Positions 38,601 to 49,542 of a DNA stretch of 54,020 nucleotides are shown one piece after another. The stretch lies in the NCBI RefSeq assembly GCF_001194135.2, contig NC_068999.1, positions 26,520,274 to 26,574,293 of the forward strand, written 5' to 3'. The notes below the pieces were generated by a model. The model made no database searches and was not told the origin of the DNA. It worked only from the letters and a program-made list of their open reading frames with translations. The translations under genes and the position numbers were made by a program. Origin of the DNA: Octopus bimaculoides (lineage: Eukaryota). Position 1 is the stretch's first letter; each line of letters begins with the position of its first letter.

Positions 38601-41600
38601 TTTTCGTTAAAATTTTGTTACCTAACACTTTTTATTGATTTTGCCTTCTTTTTACTAGATCTAAAAGCTTGTTATTCTTCTTTAGAGTCTTCAATATTTT
38701 TGGCCCTTGTGACCAATAAGGGAAACAATAATAATCACCATTACCATTTACTATTATTACTGTGTTCTCTTTAGCCCTTTAGCATTCAGATTACTCTGTC
38801 AAGTGTCCTGTTCATTTATTCACATCATTTTGAATAAATCATGCACTATCTCATAGCTTTGAGAGCTCGCTGATGTGATTGTTTAGTTTTGGAATGACAC
38901 TGTAGGGTTGGCATGAGAGGATAGATCTGGCCAGTTTGAACATAAAACAGGTAGAATATTTTGGCCAGATTTGGCTGGTTTAAATGCTAAAGGGTTAACT
39001 TTTCAATTTAAAACACTGCCTAGTTTTCTTCTGCTAAGTATGTAGGTAGCTTGATAGCCTTACTTCAGTAATATAACTGATTACACATTTGCAATAATGA
39101 TATATTCCATCACTCCATCAAATTTTAAAATAGAAAGTAAAAATTTGATAAAATGGTAACTTTAAGAGAAGTACTTACAGTATTTTTGAATTGTCCATGG
39201 AATGTACTGACCACAATACTGTTATTCTTGACTAAATGGCTTTCCCAAGAAACATTAGCAGCATCTATATCAGCAGCAGTGAGGCCTTCTTTCAGCCTGC
39301 AATGTTCTGCTAGTGGTAAATTTCTGTTGATTTCATTAGAACTTTGATGTTTACTAGCCTGCTTTTCTTCCAGCCACTCAGAATCCTGTCTTTCTATGAC
39401 TGACTCGTCTCCTCCACTCATTGCTTCTTCTTCTTCATCATCCTCATCTCGCTCCTCTTCCTCTTCCTCTTCATCATCATCCTCTAAAGTCACAGAGCAG
39501 CTTGGTGTAGTCATTACTTCGTCACTTCTCAATGTGCTTTGTTCCAAGTTAAACTTTTGAAGAGCTTGCCTCTTCATGTTTTTCTCATCAACATCTGACT
39601 CTATTTTGATTCTTTTTATATTGTTAATATTAGACCAATCTTCATAGGGAAGTCCTGATGTGCAAGGGTAGTTTTGGTGACACCTTGTTTTCTTATCAAG
39701 TCTAATATTAATGTCTTTTAGCTTTTCTATGCCAGGGGCAAGCTCAGCTTTAGCAGCCTCAGCTCCAATGATTTGTTCTATATTGTTATCACAATTTTCA
39801 GGATTTCTCCGAATTCGATTATCAGATTTTATAAACTTTTCTGAATCAGTCTTGATTTGTTCCTCAGATTCTGAAGCTAGCATATTAGTATTGAGAGTTT
39901 TTGTTTCTTTGGCATAGAAATCCTCCAGACTTGGTAGACATTTGAGACCAAGGGCTAGTGTTGTGGTTGACTCTCCACTACCATTAACATGAGTGCTGTC
40001 GACAAAAGATTGATCATTAAATTGCACAGCAGTTGGTTGAGAGCAAGGTTGTATTAAAGATTGGTTGTTACTTGCAAAATTGATTGCCCTTCTGTTGATG
40101 ACAGTTGCTTCTTCACTGCTACTATTGGCAGCACAACACAATGGCTGTGTTGAGGAGCTAACACGACTTTCAACTGTAAGCATTTTATTAGTGTCTTTGT
40201 TAGGAGACCTTTCAAAGTTGCGTAATGGAGAGATTTGCGCTTTACCTTTGTCAGTACCGAGCTCACTACAAACAGAGGTTACCTCAGTACTGCAACTACT
40301 AGCTACTAGTTCTTGTTCGTGACTAGTATTACTGTGGTTGATGGTTAGTGAAGCTGAGTTAGTATTGTTACTTTCAGTGTACAACTGGTTTTCAGTGAAA
40401 TGAAATGGTTTCTTCAGGCTGCTATTACAGTTTTGATAAATGATAGTGTTACCCATGGACAGTTTTGTTGGGTTTTTTGATAATGAATTGCACTCAGTTG
40501 TTCGATGTATATCTATCTGAGAACTTGATACATGGCTGTTGTTTTGGTTTTGAAGCTGTAATCCTGATGACAATACTTTAGTTCCTTCAGCAGTACTTTG
40601 ACATGATGAAGACACTGTTGAAGAAAAAGATGAGAGGGCTACTACACTTGATGTAACGGCATCATCAACAAGTGGATAGCCTTGTGTTTTAATAAAATCA
40701 GAGGTAGGCAGTGGATTTTGAAAAATATTCCTGTTGTTACAGCATACATTATTTAGTGATTCATGGAGATTATCTAAAAGCAATGTAACAAATTCTTGGC
40801 AGTCGTGCTGAAATAGAAAGAAAACCAAAACTTCATTAGTTAACACAAAATATAAAAATTAACAGAAGCATATTGATGATATTCCATAAACAATAAGGAA
40901 ATTTAGCTCATTGGGTCTCAAGAAGCACTTTTTCCCCTTTATCATAGACAATGTTATACTTTGGGTTTGTCATTTCATTAAAGCTTTCACATAAATATTT
41001 TGTATGCTTTACAGACATAACATTAATTCATCAACCACACTTCATTATAGACAGATAAATAACCTCAAGATGTTATATATGTGTACATCAGTGTTTCTCT
41101 CTCTCTCCTCCCACTACATATAAGAAATATTTTAATTTGATGATTCCATTGTTGGTGCATCGTAGTAACAGAGTGTTCAATGCATGGGATAAAATTGAAT
41201 TTATTTTGATAATACTGGTATTTCCTAGTATATTTTGCATGCATACTCTTAGAATTCATTATTATTGTTGTTATGGTTCTGCTTCGTGCATCAATCATTG
41301 TGTTACTGTAATGTAAAGATATCATAAAAAATATGCAGTGAATAGTATCAATTAAGCTTCTATGAAGAAAAAACCCCAAAAAACAAAAACACATAAAAGC
41401 CTTTCTTCCCACCAAAAACGAAGAAAAACAAACATACAAGATTGAATGAATATAGCAGTTTTCACATTTTTCACAGTTGTTCTCAGAAAGCATCTTCACA
41501 ATTGATTAATGAATGGGAAAAAGTTGGTAGATTAACAGGTTCTCAATATGGAACAGCTCAAACCACACATTCTGTTCCTTACAGATTATAATACAGAAAA

Positions 41601-42166
41601 TATCAGAAACCCATGGGTCTGAGGTAAAACTCAGATTCAATTTAATATTAATAATGGTATTTCCTAGTACATATTCTTACATTGTTCATTTTTCTATGCT
41701 AGCATGGGTTAAATGTATATATTATTGAGGTATTGTTTTACAGCTGGATACGTTTCTGTTCCAAACCCTTACTGGTTTTTCAAATAAGGGATCTCTTATT
41801 TTACATGTCTTCAAAGTTACAGAGCAAGTGGAAGATTTGTTGAGAAAAGTAAGGACAATATCTCTCATAGGGACAGTCTTCCAGAGTGTGTAACATTTGC
41901 ACAAGGTACAGTTTATTGGGAATGGACCTGAAATCATATGGTTGGGAAGCAAACTTTTTAACCACACAGCCAAGTCAGCACCTTACACATATATCTAAAA
42001 TCACACAGACGCACAAGGACATGCATACACATCATTAATGAGTTCATTTCCTAACCACACAGTTCCAAGATCAATTTTGCTGCTTGCCACCATAGGCAAG
42101 TGCCTTCTACTGTGAAGTCAGTATGACCATTACATTGTGAATGAAATTTGGTACGTACATGTGGGT

Positions 42167-42229
<63 letters not shown>

Positions 42230-45200
42230 CACACACAGTTGTTCTTCAGTTCATATTGTCAATTACGTCCACAAGTCACTGTGCAAGTTGATATCATGTA
42301 AATCAAGGGAGATATTTTTTAACTGATGATGATGATGATGATGATAATCATTATCCTTTTTAACACCCGTGTTCCATGATGGTCTGGGTTGGATGGTTTG
42401 ACAGGATCTGATGAGTTAAAGAACTGCACGATGCTCTGATTAATATGTTTTTGCATGATTTCTAAGGCTGGATGTCTTTCCTAGCACTCAGCAATTAACA
42501 GAGACTTTCTTTCAAAGTACCAGCACCAGTGAGGTCACCATGTAATTCACAAGAGTAATGAGTACCTCTTTTATGGAGTGGGAGTAAAGTAAGAGAAGGA
42601 AAGAGCTTTATACTAGGTGTTGAAATGTTCAAGTATCACCAAAGGTACAGGAACTCATTTCATACTGTAGAAGAGACACATGGCTGCATCACATTATATG
42701 AGGATGGGAGTAATTGGGGTGGAGCTGGAAAGAGAGATAGCAATGGTGGTGACGAGGTGTCAGAGTGTACTCTTAAAGTACAAGGAGGTGAGTAGATGAA
42801 CAAGATGGGTGGATGGGTAAAGGTTGCAAGAATGTGTGGGGAGAGTGAAAAGATGGTTAGGGATAGGGATGAATGTAGGGAATGATGTACAAGGGTGGTA
42901 GAGCTTTTAAGTATATTTATAAATTTAAAAATAATTAAATAATTATTTATTGAAATTAGCAAAAAAAAAAAAATGATTATCATGTGTGTGAGTGCCTGTG
43001 TTTATGTTTACACTAGTAAAAACTTTTTTTTTTTAATTTATAAATATAGAGAATATAGAGGGGGATGAAATGCTGCTAAGCATCTTGCACAGCATGCTAA
43101 CAATTCTGCTTTTTTTTTACTAGTGTAAACAAACACTTTTAAAAAAAAATTATAAATATATTTAAAAACTCTACCACCCTTGTACACCATTCCTATCCCT
43201 AACCATCTTTCACTCTCCCTGCACATTCTTGCAACCTTCACCCATCCACCCATCTTGTTCATCTACTCACCTCCTTGTACTTTAAGAGTACACACTGTTT
43301 ACACTAGTATAAGAACCATTGTTTATGTTCTGTTCCTATATGTCCCATAACTTACCAGGTGGACAAATGGGAATTAATCAAATAAGTATTCAATGATAGA
43401 CTACTGATTGATAGATAAAAGATTGTTACTTTTGGGACATTTGAATAATTTATCAAATAAGTTTAACTCTTTAGCATTCACCTTATTCTGTCAAAAGTAA
43501 TGCTTATTTATTCAAATCATTTGCAATTAATCATGCATTATCTTGTAGCTTCAGGATTTCAATGGTGTGTTTGTACATTTTTAGAATGACACTGTAGGAT
43601 AGGTGTGAGAGGTTGGAACTGGTCATTTTTAATATGAAACAGCTTCTAGATCTGTAAATACTGCTTAAAGAACATGGGACCTTAGTGGGAAGATTGTAAG
43701 TATTATTTTTTGACATTTTACTAAATTAAAGAAATGAAAAACTGCTTCAACAAACAGAATAAGGTACAAAAAATGCAATAGTAAACATACCTGTCTGAAA
43801 TCTTGGAATTGAGGATAATACATTCCAAGTGTATTTTTGAAGTCCAAAGGATGGATAAGTGAAAAATGTCCACTCCATACTTTCCTAACTAACTGACAAA
43901 ATTTACCAGTGAGTGTATCTTTGGTTAGATCATCAAACACAAATTGCTCATGGAAATATTTAACAAGATGCATATTGCAAAATAAACATTGAAGTCCTGC
44001 ATTCATGAAACAAGTGTTTCCCAAGTTATAAAAACCACAACATCCATTTGAAGCTGAAGGGCCTAAATGTAGAAAAAATGTTAAATGATAAATATTAAAA
44101 ACTACATACATGCAAACATCGAAAATAAACAATCAGAACAGACAAAATTTCAAGTCATAAACATTTAGAAAATGACAAGAGTTTTGTGCACTCAAAAATA
44201 GTTTCTGTTCTTCTCAGTTAACGAATTTTTGATAGATATTATTATTACATCGCTGAGATTGACTTTCCCTTTCAGCCCTTCGGGGTCGATAAATTAAGTA
44301 TCAGTTAAGTACTAGGGTCGATGTGATCGATTTACTCCCTCCCCACAATTTTCAGGCCTTGTGCCTATAGTAGAAAGGATTATTATTATTATGGTCTTTC
44401 AATAGAGAAACTTCTGGTGAACTGAATCCAAGACTTTCTATTCATTTCAGTTATGTCTGTCAGTCTCGATGCTTTAGATAAATGTTTGAGCATCATTATT
44501 TAAAATTTCTTGTTACTGAAAAATCCTTCAGTATTTTGTGTATGTTAGAAATGATTATAATAACACATCCTTTTAAATTTGATGATGAGGCTGATGTCTA
44601 AGAAATTATTTAGCATCACCATCAAAGAGCTTTAAGGCTTTCGTCAAAGATAATGAGAAACCATCAGCTACAGTATGTGTTGTAGTTACTAGTAATTTGC
44701 TGAGGCAACTGGATTATAGAAACAATTAGAGGAGGTCAGCCGCTTGTATTGTTACCATAGTAAAGACTTATCTCTTAAATGGTAAAATCTACCTCAATGT
44801 AAATGGATATGGTAGGCTAAATAGAAAAGTACTGTGAAAGTGACAAGTACTTTGCTAGCTTGCAATTGTGCAATCAAATTACCCTAGAGGGCCTTGAAAA
44901 AGCAGTGAAAGATAAAAGCCACTCTAGTATTTGGCCTTAGACCCAAGCCACAATAATCTTAATCCACCTTACTATTTGGTTAAGTTTATGTACTCATGTC
45001 AAAACTCATGTGCAGGTAAATGACCACTAAGGTACTAGATTACAAAGGCTTTTACTATGAAACAACTGCTTTAGATATTTGCTAACCTATTCTGTTAATG
45101 TCTTCTCCATCAAGGAAATTTTGAATTATAGAATGCTTGATAACTGAATTGAATGACAAAATAAACTGTATTAGAAATATGAAATTATATACATACAGGG

Positions 45201-47046
45201 TATAAGTATAACAAAATAATATAAAAATATAAGTAAAATAAAACCTCCACAAAGCTGAAGAAACATCACAAAATTCAATAAATATTTTAACATTAACCCT
45301 TTCATTACTGTATTTATTTTGAGATGCTCTGTGTTTCTTTCAATTACTTTAAATATAACAAAGAATTTAGTAAAATAACTTAGTTATTCAGCTAGTGTTA
45401 GGAACATAAATTGTGACTAAGGTTTGGTGGAAAATTTTAATTCAAAACTTATGAAAACAAGACATTTGTACTGAGAGTCTGAGCTGGCTTCAGCCAGGTT
45501 GGTAACGAAAAGGTTAATAATTGTGAAATGCTCTATATACTAACAAAAGTGTACAGAAAGAAATTGTCAGGAAGACTATGACTCTCAGAACTTTTCTGTT
45601 AAAAATAATGATTATATCATGTAACATCACAGGCTACCTTTAATGAACATGGCTATGTATGGACAACACCATTGCTGGTAACACAGGTATAGAAGGAACA
45701 TGAAGTTGTTGAAGAATGGACAGATGGCTGATGAATGGGGCAAAGGTTTTACAAAATGAAAACATTATTTAATAAAATTGCTGTTCTATTTCTTTAGCAT
45801 AGTGAAGATTTTCGACATTTTTCAATAGCAATGCTTCAGTAATTGTAGAGTATTTTATGTAAATTGTGAATTTCTAATTTGCAAGTTGATAGCAACTTGT
45901 ATATTTCCAGTGAATACTTACTTTCAATATCTTTTGGATTTCGGTGCAGAGGTCCAATTGAAGGTAGCAACTCAAAGTCTGAAAATGTTAAGAATATTGC
46001 AATGTATTTTTATAGTCAAATAATATATAAGCCTAAGGATTAGTTAGTATAAAACATAGAGCTTATGAAGAGAACTTGCTTTGCCAATCCTTTGAGACTG
46101 GTGAGCTTAATGCTGTTAATATTCTGTTTAAACTATCATAGCTAATCACTTGCAGGAAAAATGAGCAGGGAAGAAGTAGGTCAAAACAAATTGAATTTTG
46201 TTGCTATTATAACCAGAAGGGAGATATGTTTAAAAGACTTCTAGTTTCAAATTTGTATAAAAATTTTAATATATAATTTTTAAGGGCTTTTTGGGGGTAT
46301 TACAATACCTATTAGAATATAAAGTCAGTATTATTACTAAGTTGCATATATTCCATACCTAGACACTAACCCAAAACTCAGATTAGAATATATATAAGTT
46401 AATATTGTTGCTATATAGAACATATTCCTTACCTAAACACTAACCACAATTCAACATCATAACATACAAAAATCAGTGCTGTTGTTATAGTCATTATATA
46501 TAAAAAGTCAAACTTCTTTTAAAGAATCTTTAGCATATATTTAAAGATTCTAAACATCACAAAACACATATCCTTGATACCCTGAATAATTAAATCACCA
46601 TTACATTAAGCTGGACCCTAAATAATTTAATGTTGTATATAACTTTCAATATTTTTTTTACCTGATTTACTTGCCTCCTGGTCCAAACTTGGCATTTCAT
46701 TGAATAGATCAGAATTTTCAGCAGAGTCAAGATTCACTGGAAGAGAAAAAGGAATAAACAATGAAAATTACAATCTATAACAGCTGTTATATTATTAGTT
46801 TTGAGAAATTAAAGAAGGAATATTATGATATAGAAAAAAAACTAGATTGTTAGGTACCTTATTGGCTTTATGTCCTTCAAATTTTGTACAAATACAGGAT
46901 TGGAATGTAGAAAATAATTTAATATTAAAAAACGTACCATCAAAAAGCAGATTCTGAGATGAAATATGAACATTTTCTATGACATCATCAGTTACTTGTT
47001 TTCTGGAGCAACTGGGTCCTTCAATGTCCATAACTACAGCAGGCAT
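13075..47046 (-). CDS. Ubiquitin carboxyl-terminal hydrolase (USP/C19, USP32- and USP4/11/15-related catalytic domain) with internal RING-like finger; 15 coding exons, 1428 aa
   Basis: Manual splicing: exon lengths 109+75+272+1629+94+173+696+42+77+184+233+117+146+144+296=4287 nt, all GT-AG, phases match. Cys box GFYNLGNTCFMN, QHDCQE, finger Zn pairs CSEC/CPNC, His box GGSNSGHY, WYYYNDE, AYVLFY. Confidence 0.93.
13930..14110 (+). mobile_element. Penelope-like element, GIY-YIG endonuclease C-terminal remnant
   Basis: IWKFKD...IKWKILSKTKPY...KRCSICWLEK matches the PLE EN tail pattern. Confidence 0.65.
14718..15068 (+). mobile_element. SINE family B with internal ~65-70-bp tandem units
   Basis: Repeated GCCAGT..ACTGGC..GTGGCACGTAAAA units, family B tail with (GAT)n. 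Confidence 0.8.
15290..15560 (-). mobile_element. Penelope-like GIY-YIG remnant
   Basis: CNCKNKIICPLENQCLRRNIVYQCEI; inverse copy at 28900-29330. Confidence 0.7.
17000..17143 (-). CDS. USP exon 14, catalytic His/Asp (GSNSGHYT...WYYYNDENV...AYVLFYVRQ)
   Basis: tgtag/GTAAGT, phase 1-1. Confidence 0.96.
17241..17386 (-). CDS. USP exon 13 (FVFHELTSTKIDNLVTFP...YDLHSFVCHFG)
   Basis: ttag/GTAAGC, phase 2-1. Confidence 0.95.
18230..18346 (-). CDS. USP exon 12 (ETLDEHNPWYCPNC...WRYPDNLIIYLKR)
   Basis: Second Zn pair and LKR box; ttcag/GTAAAA. Confidence 0.96.
19028..19260 (-). CDS. USP exon 11 (GLQCSRCPSVNQCVGC...SLHDCFTAFMQ)
   Basis: ttcaag/GTATCT; USP32-like CxxC-x5-CxxC and the pre-finger SLxDCFxAF motif. 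Confidence 0.92.
19360..19543 (-). CDS. USP exon 10 (ILAVPLTFRC...IGHPHILYLP...TMEE)
   Basis: ctcttag/GTTTGT, phase 2-0. Confidence 0.88.
20732..23481 (+). mobile_element. Complete non-autonomous LTR retroelement (Gypsy-like signals)
   Basis: LTRs 20732-21341 and 22858-23481 start TGTAGTGAG; CACT TSD at 20728-31 and 23482-85; PBS TGGTGAC at 21343; PPT GAAGAGGGG just before 3' LTR; no ORF inside. Confidence 0.88.
22404..22509 (+). repeat. 41-bp tandem repeat x~2.5
   Basis: Unit CACACTGCCTCAGTCACGCAATGACTAGCAAATTCCGCACT. Confidence 0.92.
24700..25900 (-). mobile_element. Highly decayed RTE-type LINE RT fragment
   Basis: KPLYLVFIDLKKAF-like RT motif near 25810-25850; C-terminal part similar to ~34690-34860. 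Confidence 0.55.
25973..26049 (-). CDS. USP exon 9 (VCLAFVNPSVEFVPLADPDSKRLRT)
   Basis: ttctag/GTAATT, 77 nt, phase 0-2, joins exon 10 in frame. Confidence 0.85.
26158..26199 (-). CDS. USP exon 8, 42-nt micro-exon (MSLKHHSVFSYTCP)
   Basis: ttgcag acceptor, GTAAGT donor, phase 0-0; supplies Cys7 so that CPVC forms with exon 9. Confidence 0.82.
28150..28840 (+). mobile_element. Decayed Ty3/Gypsy gag with two CCHC knuckles, no pol
   Basis: GEGDMVAWIKKVRLVA, KLAFVTGF, CFRCQGPHMVREC and CFQCGHPGHIAKNC (28697-28801). Confidence 0.75.
28900..29330 (+). mobile_element. Penelope-like GIY-YIG remnant
   Basis: Homologous to reverse complement of 15290-15560; STNLSKCIWDLK...LKW...DLCLEE. Confidence 0.7.
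30075..30280 (+). repeat. Diverged SINE family B
   Basis: GGTTGGTTTTAGGAAGGGCATCCAGC...TGTTAAACAATGATGATG. Confidence 0.7.
30289..30635. mobile_element. Fold-back MITE-like palindrome (347 bp)
   Basis: ATAATCAATTAAGGAAAC... / ...GTTTCCTTAATTGATTAT; arms pair along most of their length. Confidence 0.8.
31468..32163 (-). CDS. USP exon 7: end of UBL, Ser/Thr-rich linker, first six ligands of RING-like finger
   Basis: 696 nt open, tttag/GTAAGT, phase 0-0; ends CAICLEELLDTSLMVHTSCSGTFCHSCLE. Confidence 0.93.
32230..32630 (-). mobile_element. Tandem pair of tRNA-derived SINEs (family C)
   Basis: Two consecutive copies with tRNA-like heads (degenerate B box); opposite-strand copy at 44245-44392. 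Confidence 0.7.
34230..34402 (-). CDS. USP exon 6, inserted UBL-like segment (VIFITQ...EVVNNYISRVL)
   Basis: tttcag/GTAAGT, phase 1-0; resembles the internal UBL of USP4/11/15/32. Confidence 0.9.
36667..36760 (-). CDS. USP exon 5 (VICSECCHVSVTYEPFMYLSVPIPHAMERQL)
   Basis: First Zn pair and the F-x-x-LSVP-type USP box; ttcag acceptor, GTGAGT donor; absent from ORF track. Confidence 0.95.
37400..37620 (+). mobile_element. Tx1/L1-clade RT remnant
   Basis: NLRFITLLNMDLKILVKL resembles the NWRPITLLNxDYKIxxK motif. Confidence 0.5.
38775..38994. mobile_element. piggyBac-type MITE
   Basis: TTAG|CCCTTTAGCATT...AATGCTAAAGGG|TTAA; related decayed copy starts at 43467. Confidence 0.75.
39179..40807 (-). 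CDS. USP exon 4: HDCQEF box, ~500-aa low-complexity insert, SIVVSTFHGQFKNT
   Basis: 1629 nt open frame, tttcag acceptor, GTAAGT donor, phase 0-0. Confidence 0.95.
42170..42225. repeat. (TG)n microsatellite (others at ~47815-47848, ~48927-48995; (AAT)n ~32630-32670; many (TA)n)
   Basis: Direct inspection. Confidence 0.95.
42761..43297. repeat. Local inverted duplication (~150-bp arms, nested inner IR)
   Basis: 42761-42926 is the reverse complement of 43147-43297, with a ~12-bp indel. Confidence 0.88.
43791..44062 (-). CDS. USP exon 3, catalytic Cys box
   Basis: GCCGFYNLGNTCFMNAGLQCL...FQDFRQ; tttag acceptor, GTATGT donor. Confidence 0.96.
44245..44392 (+). mobile_element. SINE family C 3' part with (TAT)n tail
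   Basis: CCCTTCGGGGTCGATAAATTAAGTA core. Confidence 0.7.
45297..45513. mobile_element. piggyBac-type MITE, second family
   Basis: TTAA|CCCTTTCATTAC...GTAACGAAAAGG|TTAA. Confidence 0.75.
46662..46736 (-). CDS. USP exon 2 (VNLDSAENSDLFNEMPSLDQEASKS)
   Basis: ttcttccag acceptor, GTAAAA donor, 75 nt, phase 1-1 bridging exons 1 and 3. Confidence 0.75.
46938..47046 (-). CDS. USP coding exon 1 (MPAVVMDIEG...LLFD)
   Basis: Polypyrimidine tract + AG acceptor (exon starts 47050), in-frame TAA directly before ATG 47046, GTACGT donor, phase 1. Confidence 0.72.
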
Positions 47047-47524
47047 TTATCTAACAAGAATGGAAAAAAAAAAAAAAAATTAAAGTAGCAAAATAAACAG
47101 ATGAGATAAACTGAATTTTTAAAAACTTTTTCCTTGATTTATATAATATTTCCACTATTTGCATAGTTGAGAAAATGTGTCACCATCGTTTTTTTTATAC
47201 TTGCTTTTTCCATGAGAGCATGGCTTTTGATACCTTTTCTGATACCAACTTGTATTTGTTTTCAGGTAAAGTATTTTACTCCAATGGTCTTTGCATATTG
47301 AACTGCTGAGCTGTGGGACATAAATGTCACCACTACCCAAGATATGGATGTGAAGATGCAGAGAGACAAACACCAATGAACACATGCACACACAAACAAA
47401 GGGGGGGGGGTTTCTTCTATCAAATTACATTCAATCCAAGGTTAGAGCAGAAGACACTTGCCAAAGTGCCATGCAGTAGGATCAAATCTTTAAAATCCCT
47501 AACCACACAGCCATACATGCCAGC

Positions 47525-47557
<33 letters not shown>

Positions 47558-47813
47558 GTAGTAAAACAAATGAAAGAAAGAAAAAATTCAACCCCATAAG
47601 GCAAGGAATTAATATAATTTGGGTGTTTGAAACCAGAACTGGTGACTATTGACAATTTTCTTGTGAAGGAATCACTTAAATCTTCAAACAACCATTATTC
47701 CAATATGGTAACTTGAAGAATTGGCTAATTTTCTCTACAAACAAATACACATTTGTGTATTAGGGTAATGAGTAATGAATATATGCATGGAGTGAAAATA
47801 CACAAAGCAGTCA

Positions 47814-47851
<38 letters not shown>

Positions 47852-47854
47852 TTA

Positions 47855-48925
47855 AAGGAATTGGACAAAATAATGCAAAGGGTACTTTTCATTTAACTGA
47901 TTTTTCTATAGGTAATATGACAAATTCAAAGCTTTTATTGTTTTTAATATATGTATTTGTATGTACAAGGTATTATGCATGCTTTATACATCATGATACA
48001 GGCCTATTTTTTTAAATGCAGATATTTAAATAATAAGTTGAAATGCATGATCTATCTAATTTCTAATGAGAGGCCAAATTGTTGGACTACAAATGGCTGG
48101 AGCTGCAGTTACTAAAACTGCTGAATTACTTTATGTTTTGAATAGTATGGTCTCTAAAATAATGTTGACATTCCAAAACAAGCATAATTCTCAATAGAAG
48201 GCAAAGCTCAGAGAGAGGGATTGCAGAAAAAGTGAAACGTACTGTGTCTAAAAAACATTGAACTATGGCAGCAAAAGTGACAGTAGAGCTAAATCACAAC
48301 TTTGCCAACCATTTATAAACCAAAATCCTTCAGTGTGTGGGAGAGCTGCAACTGCTAAACCTCTCTTGTCTTCCATCAACATTGATAAGCAGAAAAAAGT
48401 GTCCTGACTATCAGAAGTAGCCACTGACTCAGTGGGACAATGTCATCTCTGATGAATCATCATTCACCCTTTTGCCCATTTCAGTGTGTTTATATTTGGC
48501 GACAGCTCAAAGAAACCTTCAATCCTGACTGTTTGGCCCCTACCATGAAGTGTGGGTGACTCTGTGATGATTTGGGCAGCTGTATCTCAGATTTCTCCAG
48601 GCCCTTTATTTGTTCAAAATGGCAAAGTTAATGGCAAGAGCTATCTGACTATCTTGGCTGATCAGGTACAAATATTGTCCCCTGATGGTGGTGCAATCTT
48701 TCAAGACGATAAAGTGTTGATTCACATGGCAAATGTTATTCAAAATTGGTAGAAAGAGTACAAAAGTAATGTAGATGACTTGGATTGGCCCCAACAACCA
48801 CCAGATCTCAATGCAATCAAATTTTTATGGCACATATTGGATCAGCAAATTAGGGGCTGCTTCCCTCTACCATTGTCACTGAAGGAACTAAAGTAGATTT
48901 TACTTGAAGAATGGCTCAAAATTAG
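47855..48925 (+). mobile_element. Older, truncated copy of the 7138-8315 Tc1 family
   Basis: TTGGACAAAATAATG TIR remnant; SDESSFTL, VMIWAA, IFQDDK motifs; ends in (TG)n. Confidence 0.75.
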
Positions 48926-48979
<54 letters not shown>

Positions 48980-49542
48980 CGTGTGTGTGTGTGTAGACAG
49001 GGTGTGTGTTTAATAAGCTCACTTTCCAACCATGTAATTCCAGGTCTAGTCTTATTGCATGGAGCCTTGGCCAAGTGTCGTCTGCTGTGGCTCCAGGCTG
49101 GCCATAGCTTTGAGTGGATTTGCTTGGTGGAAACTGGAAGAAACCTATTGTACAAATGGTTGAGCATGCATGCAGCTGTGTATTTGTGCCTCACTGGTTT
49201 GACGTCATATGATAGTTGTAAACAAGTGCCACCATCATACAAATGGTGTCATTTGTTCTCAATCTTCCATGAAAACATTGGAAAATATTATCTTGGCATC
49301 TGGAAAGTGAGGGTCAGTAACAAGAAAAGCCATCTTGCTGTAGAAAATTTGCCTTTTAATTCTATCTAACCCAGGCATGCACAGAAGTGAATGTGCATAA
49401 CAATATAGTTTTTATTAAAGCATTGCTACAAGTTTCAGCATGACATGTATTTTTATAAGACTACCTCATCAAACAAAATATAATTGAACATTATTTATAA
49501 TATCCATGGAAATTTGGGGAGTCCATTAATATATATATATAT

